A DNA stretch of 64,000 nucleotides from Eledone cirrhosa (lineage: Eukaryota). The notes below the pieces were generated by a model. The model was not told where the DNA came from and did not search any database. It was given only the letters and a program-made list of their open reading frames with translations. The stretch is from NCBI GenBank assembly GCA_964016885.1, contig OZ024747.1, positions 77,252,001 to 77,316,000 of the forward strand, in the 5' to 3' direction. Each line of letters starts with the position of its first letter. Within the stretch, counting starts at the first letter, position 1. A program made the position numbers and the translations under genes. Below, piece after piece: positions 54,730 to 64,000 of this stretch.

Positions 54730-57700
54730 TTCTTCTGGTTTTATAATTTCACAAAGTTTTACCAATAGAGAGAGAGTCGGTTTCTAACATAGACACAAGA
54801 CTCTCTCATTGGAATTTACACAACATCAACTAGGTAGATATGTATGTATGCATGCATGTGTAGATATGGATGTTATTGTATGTGTGGATGGGTATGTTTT
54901 GAGTTGTATGTGTGCATGTGTATATACTTTGTATCTGTACATGTGTATATGCAGTTATTAGATGCAAAAGTTTTGGAATGTTTTACATAATTTTACTGTT
55001 CCATTAATGGATTGTACTTGGAATTTCGTAACTAGTTGTGTTCTTTCTGTTCCTGTGAAGCCTAGCTTCTCAAGATTTGTATTGAGGCAGTACTAACATA
55101 TCCCAGTTCCCCAATAATCACAGGCATAAATTTGAAGGTGTAATCAGGGTGGAGTATCTGCAGATTTCTCATCAGTTCTGCATAAATATTCTCCTTTTCA
55201 CTAATCTTTGATATTATATTGGCACCTGCTGGGCAGCTAATTTCCACTACTGTGCATTTTTTCTTCTCCCTGTCCTATATCATAATATCTGGTCTGTTAT
55301 GCCTGCATTTTATTGGGGTTTTTACTGGAACATTCCACCAGTACTCTTTCATATTATGTACATGGATGTCTTCCATATTGTTGCAACTTTTAATGTGTTT
55401 ATTATCGGGTCTATCTTTTTTATGAACTGTATTGTACAGTGTTTTGGCCACTACATCATGCCTCATAGGTAGATAGTACCGCGATGACATCTTTGGACCG
55501 CCTCTTATGACATGGGTGACATCTCCGATGTTAATTCTGCAGAGTCTGCACTTGTTATCACATCTAGGTGTTTTGCCTGCACCCCTATCTCTTTTGTGAA
55601 TCAGGTATTTCGTGTTGATTTCCTGTTCTTGGATTGCAAAAGCGTATCCTTCAAAGTGGGAGCCAATATAGCGGTTGTTGGTCCAAGATAGACTACTTTC
55701 CTTATCTATATTACTCTCACTCTGGAGCTTCTTGGAAACATATCCATGCATGATTTTTTGCTGATAGGCATGCAGTTTTTCATCCATGGATTCACTGCGA
55801 TACTGCTGAGCGACATCCCTGGGTAGGAGTTTTTGATTATCACACAGGGAATATCTCTCAAGGAGTTCCTTCCCAACTCTCATGATCTTATCTGTTTCAT
55901 GCAGATAGACTTGCTCGAGAAACGGGCTCCTATGCTTCGAGATTCGTAGATATTGTCGGAGAGATATTTTGCGACATTCAAATGTTGTCTGGACTGATGT
56001 TAGGCCTCTGCCTCCCTGCTTGCGTTTCAAGTAAAGGCGGTCTATGTCACTGTTGATATGGAAGTTTCCGGTATTGTTCAGTATTTTTCGAGTTCCAACA
56101 TCAACTGCTCGGATTTCGTCTATCGTTCAATTGAGTATTCCAAACGTTGGTGTTAGGACAGGCACAGCAAACACATTGTGAGCCACTGTTTTGTTTTGCG
56201 CAGAGAGTTCCGATGACCAAATCTTTCTTAATCGGGTGTAGTATCCCTGTTTACGCGTTCTTTATTACAGATACCATTATAGGATATGTTCTCATCTATC
56301 GCCAGGTATCTGTAGCAGTCCTCATCAGATATCGGTGAAACAGTTAGGCCATTGATGACAATGTTGCTAGATTGGGTTGTTGTTTATCCCCGCTTTGCAG
56401 TCATGTATGAGCATTTATCTTGGCCAAACTCCATTCCTATATCCTTTGAGAACTTATAACCAGGTCAAGATTTTTCTTCATCCCATCCATGTTCTTGGCA
56501 TAGAGTTTCAGATCGTCCACAAAGAAATTATGGGTTAGGTTCGTATTTCTGTCTTCCTGTGAGCCAATGATGTATCCCTCACATTTCTTGAGCAGAAGGA
56601 ACAAGGGGTTTAATGACAAGATGAACAATATCACAGAGAGACTGTCCCCCTGAAATATACCCCTGCAATATTTTATTTTATCAGTGAAAATAGCGTCCTC
56701 CCTCTCTGTCTTTAACCTTAGGATAGTAGCCCAAGAAGAAGACAGCCTCTCTATGGCTCTAACAATAATGTCTGGGACTTTAGGAAGTTGGAGGGCCTCT
56801 TTCATCCAAGAGTGGGGAACAGAATCGAAAGCTTTCCTGTAGTCCAGCCAGACTGTAGTCATATTCCTCCTAAGTTGTCGCACCTCCGACATCGCAGTTT
56901 TGTTGATTAGAAGTTGTCCAGCACATCCCCAAACCCCATACTTTCCAGCTGCTTGTTCATCTGTGATGATGTTATTATTTTCACAGTGATCTTGGAGGAA
57001 TAGGTTGAGGCAGGCTATATACATCTTATACATCAGGTTCTGGCATGCAATGGGTCGGTAGTTTTTTGCCAAGTGGGTGTCTTTGTTCTTGGGGACCAGT
57101 AACGTTTGTGCTAATGTCAACCATTCAGGTATAAGTGTATCTCCCTTAAGAACTTGTTGGTAGAGGTCAGTAAGATACCTCCGATAGAATATTAGTTTTT
57201 TGTACCAGTAGCCGACAATCATGTCTCTTCCTGGTGTTTTCTTATCTTGGAGTTTTCCTATCATAGTCTCAAGGGTACCCTCACTTATTTCGTATGTTTT
57301 TGTTGTAGTTTAGGAGCAATAGTTCTTTCGGATTTCTCTTAGCCACACTGCATCTTGGTTGAAATTCTTCTTTTCACCCCATATTTTTCTCCAAAAGGAA
57401 TCTATGTCTTTCTGGGATGGGGCCTCAGTGACATTTATTATTTTGCCCTTCATATCTCTATAGACTGATGTTTGGTTTCGTCTGAATCTTTTATTAAGCA
57501 CTTTTCTCTCATCTACCTTCTTCAGGTATCGGCGTTTTTCGCTAACAGCTCTCAATTCTTGTTTGAGGGTGATCAGCTTATATTGGAGAGTTCTGGGTCT
57601 ACTGTTACCAAACATCGTCTCTATTTTATTTTTGACTCTTTGTTGGTGAGGAGTGAAGTTTGTTTGTGTTTGTTTGCATGTAAGGAGCATTGTCACATAT

Positions 57701-58958
57701 CCTATGTTTTTTCGTATGTCAGCACTCTTTTTTTCTATTTTAGTTATATATGATGGTATTTTTGGTGGTGTTTTGTTCTTGTTAATATCTCTGCTATCAC
57801 CAAAGTAATGCTTCACTGTCATTGCTAAGGCATATAAACAGGCGTTGATTTGCCAAAATGTTGGGGTTTTTATCCGTCGTAAATATTCATCCCCTATTTC
57901 GTCAATAACACGTAGTATTTCATTATTTGGTTTTTTATTCACCATTGTCGTTTTAACACGTTCAGCAAGAGAGATATTTATACATGAGTTAATTTCTCTC
58001 TGGAAGATTTCGTTGGGGAAAATTTTCAATTGTTTATATTTTTGATTATCATTATCGATAGTATTTTCCACAACAGTCGAGGTAGACCCGGATGTCACAT
58101 TTATTCGATTATTATTATTATTTCTTCGATTATTATTATTATCGATAGTGTTTTCCCCAGCATTCGAGGTAGACTTAGATGGTACAGGTGGTGTCAAGTT
58201 TCTTACAGGCATAGTTGTTTCAAGACGCTGTTCGACCTGGCTGCTAGGAAGTCTAGTAGCATGGCGACCTGTAGCACGTGTAGTTGATAACATGTTTGTT
58301 GTGGGGGACTTACAATTAATAATTGTTTCTACTTTTGGCACAAGGTCAGCAATTACCCAGTACATTGCTGGTACTTTATTTTATCGACCCCGTAAGGATG
58401 AAAGGCTAAGTTAACCTCGGCGGGATTTGAACTCAGAATGATAAGGGCCGTAACTCTATGCGTCAAAGCATGGCGTCCGACCCTCTACCGATACTGTCAA
58501 TCCACCGATAATATTTATCTTATTTTTACGTTCAACAAACGTCGCTTGTTGGCGTAATTGTTTCGTTGTGAAATAATTTAGCTCTGGGTGTATTTCGTCC
58601 CAGTGTAGCTTCATTCTATTCATATAGCCAATGGAGGGATTGTTTTTTGCCATTTTATAACAATTAAATAAATCATTATTAAGTTCGCAACTCCAAGAGA
58701 AATGCATTTATAATTTCGGTTTCTTCTGTAGCTACAACTGAATAAAGTTTGATTACCTTCCTTGTTATTTGTCTTCGATACTTCCTTAATTTTTTTGTTG
58801 ATGTTGTGTTCAACCATGCTGTTTGTAGCTATCCTTGTTAAATGAATTATGTATTTAGTCGGATATCTCTACGAATTCGAATAAAATGTGTCTTCAGAAG
58901 GGATAGTTAGCAGAATAACCAGTTATTCAACCTGACTGTAGTTATTCAACCTGAATGT
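54730..58958 (-). mobile_element. Near full-length R4/Dong-clade non-LTR retrotransposon (disrupted single ORF)
   Basis: N-terminal W..ELN..LFNCY..AK...GYM.RM...W domain; RT NYRPIAC, WLDYRKAFDSVPH, GIFQGDSLS, FFVDDLKLY; CRLC...HVI knuckle; RHD, NRPD, EISCP RLE. ATG ~58817, stop 54958; frameshifts plus a SINE insertion. Confidence 0.92.
58318..58506 (-). mobile_element. Nin-type SINE inserted into the R4/Dong ORF
   Basis: Full SINE splitting the N-terminal coding region. Confidence 0.88.
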
Positions 58959-59024
58959 AGTATGTATGAGTGTCTGTATGTATGTATGTGTGTGTGTGTA
59001 TGTGTGTGTGTGTATGTATGTATG

Positions 59025-60822
59025 TTCTTCTGGTTTTATAACTTCACAAATGTGTGCCAATAGAGAGAGAGAGAGTCGGTTTCTAACATAGACAGAAGAC
59101 TCTCTCATTGGAATTTACACAACATCAACTAGGTAGATATGTATGCATGACTGCATGCATGCATGTGTAGGTATGGATGTTATTGTATGTGTGGATGTGT
59201 ATGTTTTGAGTTGTATGTGTGCATGTGTATATGCTTAGTATTTGTACATGTGTATATGCAGTTATTAGATGCAAAATTTTTGGAATGTTTTACATATTTT
59301 TACTGTTCCATTAATGGATTGTACTTGGAATTTCGTAACTAGTCGTGTTCTTTCTGTTCCTGCAAAGCCTAGCTTCTCAAGATTTGTATTGAGGCAGTTA
59401 TTAACATATCCCAGTGCCCCAATAATCACAGGTATAAATCTGAAGGTATAGTCAGGGTGGAATATCTGCAGATTTCTCATCAGTTCTGCATAAATATTCT
59501 CCTTTTCGCTAATCTTTGATATTATATTGGCATCTGCTGGGCAGCTAATTTCTATTACTGTGCATGCTTTCTTCTCCCTGTCCCATATCATAATATCTGG
59601 TCTGTTATGCCTGCATTTTATTGGGGTTTTTACTGGAACATTCTACTAGTACTCTTTCATATTAATGTGTCTTCCACATTGTTGTAGCTTTTAATGTGTT
59701 TATTATCGGGGCTATCTTTTCTACGGATTGCATTGTACAGTGTTTTGGCCACTACACCATGCCTCATAGGTATATAGTACGGCGATGACATCTTTGGACA
59801 GCTTCTTATGACATGAGTGACATCTGCGATGTTAATTCTGCAGAGTCTGCACTTGTTATCACATCTAGGTGTTTCGCCTGCACCCCTATCTCTTTTGTGA
59901 ATCAGGTATTTCGTGTTGATTTCCTGTTGTTGGATTGCTAAAGCGTATCTTTCAAAGTGGGAGCCAATATAGCGGTTGTTGGTCCAAGATAGACTACTTT
60001 CCTTATCTATATTACTCTCACTCTGGAGCTTCCTGGCAACATATCCATGCATGATTTTTTGCTGATAGGCATGCAGTTTTTCATCCATGGATTCACTGCG
60101 ATACTGCTGAGCGACTTCCCTGGATAGGAGTTTTTGATTATCACACAGGGAATATCTCTCGAGGAGTTCCTTCCTAACTCTCATGATCTTATCTGTTTCA
60201 TGCAGATATACTTGCTCAAGAGACGGGCTACTACGCTTTCAGGTTCGTAGATGTTGTCGGAGGGATATGATGCGACATTCAAATGTTGTCTGGACTGATG
60301 TTAGGCCTCTGCCTCCCTGCTTACGTTCCAAGTAAAGGCGGTCTATGTCACTGTTGATGTGGAAGTTTCCGGTGTTGTTCAGTATTTTTCGAGTTCTAAC
60401 ATCAATTGCTCAGATTTCGTCTATCATCCAATTGAGTATTCCAAACGTTGGTGTTAGGACAGGCACAGCAAGCACATTGTGAGCCACTGTTTTGTTTTGC
60501 GCAGAGAGTTCCGATGACCAGATCTTTCTTAATCGGGTGTAGTATTCCCTGGTTACGCGTTCCTTATTACAGATACCATTATAGGATATGTTCTCATCTA
60601 TCCCCAGGTATCTGTAACAGTCCTATCAGATATCGGTGAAACAGTTAGGCCATTGATGACAATGTTGCTAGATTGGATTGTTGTTTTTCCCTGCTTCCCA
60701 GTCATATATGAGCATTTATCGTGGCCAAAATTCATTCCTATATCTTTTGAGAATGTTGTAACCAGGTCAAGATTTTTCTTCATCTCATCCATGTTCTTGA
60801 CACAGTTTCAGATCATCCACAA
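59025..60822 (-). mobile_element. 5'-truncated R4/Dong copy in tandem
   Basis: Highly similar to 54730-56522; truncated at the VDD motif; (TATG)n on both sides. Confidence 0.92.
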
Positions 60823-61339
60823 ATGTATGTATGCATGTATGTATGTGGGTCACTCTTGAGTGCTACTGGTAACATGTAACCCAGTACAACCTGTCGCATG
60901 GACGGGTCGTCGGCGACTAAACCGGCAACCCCATCAAGTTTACTTGGGAAGGAGGGTGATTTTGGACACCCAACAGGACAAAAAACAAAACCTGACAAAG
61001 GGCGGAAGAACTCATAAGAGTCAACTGCCATCCAAAAGTGTGTAAATATGTATATACACATGTACATATGTGTGTATATACATGGGTACATGTATATGTA
61101 AATGCGCGGGGACATAGAAATAGTCGGGCTGGACACCCGATCGCGCGGTTAAACCACTGGGAGTGAAGGACCCCTAGCCTTTGTCAGGGCATTCTTCTAG
61201 GAGAAGGCAACTCAGGAAACTGGGATAACTCCGATATAAAACCTGCGGCTCAGTAGAATTAATTAATAATTATTAACAATGGTATATCATGCAATGGCCA
61301 TACTCGATAACGAAGGGGCAACCATTATTATTATTATTA

Positions 61340-61542
61340 TTTGGCAGTATCGGTAGAGGGTCGGACGCTATGCTTTCCAGCATAGTTACGTCCCTTTACG
61401 ATCTGAGTTCAAATCCCACCGAGGTTGACTTTGCCTTTCATCCTTACGGGGTCGATAAAATAAAGTACTAGTAATGCACTGGATAATTGCTGGCCTTGTG
61501 CCTAAAGTAGAAACAATTATTATTATTATTATTATTATTATT
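61340..61542 (+). mobile_element. Nin-type SINE with (TTA)n tail
   Basis: A box, B box and core present. Confidence 0.85.
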
Positions 61543-61920
61543 GGCGACCTACGTAGTAAATCGTATCATCGTGAGCTCCGCAAAGGTTTGTTATTTCCGT
61601 TTGTTAAAAATTGCCATTTATGGAAAATTTTATTGTTAACTGTTTATAAGCACACATACATTGTTTTCCGAAAAGGACACCCAAAAAGATTGGGGCCTTG
61701 TGCCCAAAATTTTAACTTTTATTATTATCAAAAAATTTCTTTGAAAAAAAATGGCTACTTCACCTCTGCACGAAGCAGCTGAAAGCCTTCCTCACAAAAT
61801 AACACCTCACACCGACACCACCATTGTAAATGTTACTACGTTTGCCAACACAAAAAAAATATAAGCAGTAGCAATATTTTAAATTTGTCTCAGGCAGACA
61901 TTCATTTCCCGCCATTACCA

Positions 61921-63264
61921 ATGACTGCAGGTGTTAAAGCCTCCACCACCACCACCACCACCGCGACAACCACCACCACCACCACCACCACCACCGCGAC
62001 AACAGAAACAAAAGAAGAAACAAATAAATTAACTCGTGATGTCGAAATGAAATCAAACAAAATGGACTCTTCCCCACCAAAGACGACTGACGTCACCACC
62101 ACCACAACTGAAACTAAAATTAATATTAACAATAGCAACAACAACAACAATGACATTATAAACCCCCCCCCCCCTCAGTTTCGCCAGAGTAGCAAAACAA
62201 TTCGAAGCATTTACGGTAACTCAGGAAGATTTAGAAAATGCCAAACAAATGGTAAAGAAAGATGGGTACAGGGTCAGCCTCACCCCCCCCCCCCACCTAA
62301 TAAAATGGAGCATCGGCGCCTATGCACCGTGTCGTATAGAACAATAAATGTAAAATCGCGCCGAGTGGAACGGGCATCCGAGTCCCAAATCCAAAAAGCT
62401 TTGGGACATGTGTGGGCAAGAAAAACCCACATCAGACGTGGGCAAAAGTATGGAACCGTGGATGTGTTCTTTGAAACACCAGAGGAGGCTAGAGAACACT
62501 CCATGGCCCCATTAAAAAGTGACGACTTCACACTCGTCCCAAGCTATTGTGGCCAGAGACTCGTAAAGATCAGGGTGACCCACGTTCCACCGGCCATCGA
62601 AATTCCCTGGCTAATAGCGGCTGTCCTCACCGGCATCGAAGCCAACACGAAAATAATAGCAATAGCAAAAGAAAAGCAGGAAAACTGGTCCGGATCTGGG
62701 ATGGAGCTCCTGATCCAAGCGGACCAAAAAAGCATTGAGGAGATCCCAGAGGTAATAGACCTCACTGACGGCAGCCACCTCACGGTAATTGTCGAGGGCA
62801 GAAGACCTAGGTGTGTCGTTTGTGGTGAAGGAACCCACCTAAGGGCTTTCTGCCCTCAGGCTAAAAGGTTGAGGCCACCTCTCCTACCCACCCCAGTGAC
62901 ACAACCATCAACACCACCAGTAGCAGAGATGGCAGCAACAACTGTAGCAGCAACAACAGAAGCAACTATAACAGCAACAACCCCAGCAACAGTAGCAAAA
63001 CCAACACCACTACCACCACCAGCAAAACCAACACCATCACCACCCAACGCTTCAGAACTAGCACCAGCGCCTACACCATCCACCACACCACAACCAAAAC
63101 TAACGGCTGTGGAGGATTTTCCACTCCCCGGCCTATCACAACTGGAGACAGATTGTGACGACGAGGAGTGGGAAACGATATCCGGAAAAAAAAAAAGAAA
63201 CCAAAAAAGAAAAAAATTCTCTTCCTTCCCCCTCCCAAAACAAAATACAGAGGGAAACAAATAA
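61921..63264 (+). CDS. Retrotransposon ORF1 (RRM-like region plus zinc knuckle); probably extended to 63753 via frameshifts
   Basis: VKIRVTHVPP.I, EGRRPRCVVCGEGTHLRAFCP, EEWETISGKKKR; Pro/Thr-rich linkers. Confidence 0.75.
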   Translation: MTAGVKASTTTTTTATTTTTTTTTTATTETKEETNKLTRDVEMKSNKMDSSPPKTTDVTTTTTETKININNSNNNNNDIINPPPPQFRQSSKTIRSIYGNSGRFRKCQTNGKERWVQGQPHPPPPPNKMEHRRLCTVSYRTINVKSRRVERASESQIQKALGHVWARKTHIRRGQKYGTVDVFFETPEEAREHSMAPLKSDDFTLVPSYCGQRLVKIRVTHVPPAIEIPWLIAAVLTGIEANTKIIAIAKEKQENWSGSGMELLIQADQKSIEEIPEVIDLTDGSHLTVIVEGRRPRCVVCGEGTHLRAFCPQAKRLRPPLLPTPVTQPSTPPVAEMAATTVAATTEATITATTPATVAKPTPLPPPAKPTPSPPNASELAPAPTPSTTPQPKLTAVEDFPLPGLSQLETDCDDEEWETISGKKKRNQKRKKFSSFPLPKQNTEGNK

Positions 63265-63787
63265 ATTAAGAAACAAAAAAGTTAGGACAGATATGCCACC
63301 ATCCACACCAGCATCACCAACCCCATCAACCCAAACACCAACACCATCACCATCATTAACCCCAGCACCACCATCACCTACACCACAAAAGTCACCAAAA
63401 TGCGAACAGAAACAAACCCACAACAAACGCAAACAAAACAAAACAACCAAAACGATACACACTACGCAGCATTAAATTTGAACAACAAGCAATTATTACA
63501 CTACATCCAACACAACACCAGCATCACAGAAAAAGACTACACAACAACCCCAAAATTCACACCACCTCCACACATACAAATCACTCGCATCACACAGAAA
63601 ACGTACATGACACTAAAACAAAAATTCCCCAAAGACATCGGAGACTTCCGACAAGCACTCTCAAGGAGGATTTATAAGGACATCCTTCCTGAGGAGGCCA
63701 CAAGCAGTGAAAAGGATGGAAAAACCGTCCTTCCCCTACGAGAAGTAAGGTAAGTGGTCTTTCCCATCTTTTCCACTCCTTTTCAAC

Positions 63788-64000
63788 ATGACCTCACTCA
63801 GAATAGGCAGCATAAATGCGCGTGGCTTGGGGTCGTCATGGAAGCAGGGCCACCTGCTCAACGACCTCAGGTCACTAAACATAGATGTAATGGCCATCAG
63901 CGAGACCATAATCTCCGAAGCACAGGCTTTCGCACCGATCTTCGGCGGCTACGATGTGTACGCATCTCCCAGCCGTCCGGGATCGGGGGGAGGAGTTGCT
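63788..64000 (+). CDS. Retrotransposon ORF2, APE endonuclease N-terminus (partial)
   Basis: MTSLRIGSINARGL...LNIDVMAISET. Confidence 0.85.
   Translation, partial: MTSLRIGSINARGLGSSWKQGHLLNDLRSLNIDVMAISETIISEAQAFAPIFGGYDVYASPSRPGSGGGVA

Larger units (their letters stand above)
61543..64000 (+). mobile_element. Tx1/L1-like non-LTR retrotransposon, 5' portion
   Basis: 5' UTR, ORF1 with CCHC knuckle, then ORF2 with APE endonuclease start; continues past the window. Confidence 0.82.

Noticed and set aside
57310-58365. Independent 351-aa protein
   Set aside because: Part of the R4/Dong ORF; its apparent start comes from the inserted SINE.
61105-61215. HDV-like ribozyme at an RTE-like 5' end
   Set aside because: Could not assign P1/P1.1/P2/P3 pairing by eye; needs a descriptor search.

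Overview
Eukaryotic, AT-rich, microsatellite-dense DNA. The SINE/LINE/Helitron repertoire and (TA)n/(CA)n/(TATG)n load suggest a cephalopod (octopus-like) genome; this is inference. The only host gene I can support is the 5' part of a class III facilitative sugar transporter (SLC2A10/SLC2A12-like) on the minus strand: five coding exons at 7013-582 joined in frame by GT-AG introns, running off the left edge. The rest is nested transposable elements: RTE, CR1, R4/Dong, CRE and Tx1/L1 non-LTR elements, a truncated CsRn1-type Gypsy, Penelope-like remnants with minimal hammerhead ribozymes, non-autonomous Helitrons carrying satellites, MITEs and tRNA-derived SINEs. Most notable: (i) two intact-looking minimal type I hammerheads around a palindrome in a host intron, one sense to the pre-mRNA, plus a three-copy U3-A8 core variant; (ii) R4/Dong insertions all sitting in (TATG)n; (iii) a 62-bp minisatellite made from CRE endonuclease coding sequence; (iv) a C4HC3 PHD-like finger inside an RTE ORF; (v) a 173-bp GC-rich satellite inside a Helitron; (vi) many fold-back palindromes. 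Most ORFs in the supplied track are microsatellite artefacts. Family assignments come from recalled motifs, not database searches, and element boundaries are approximate unless stated.
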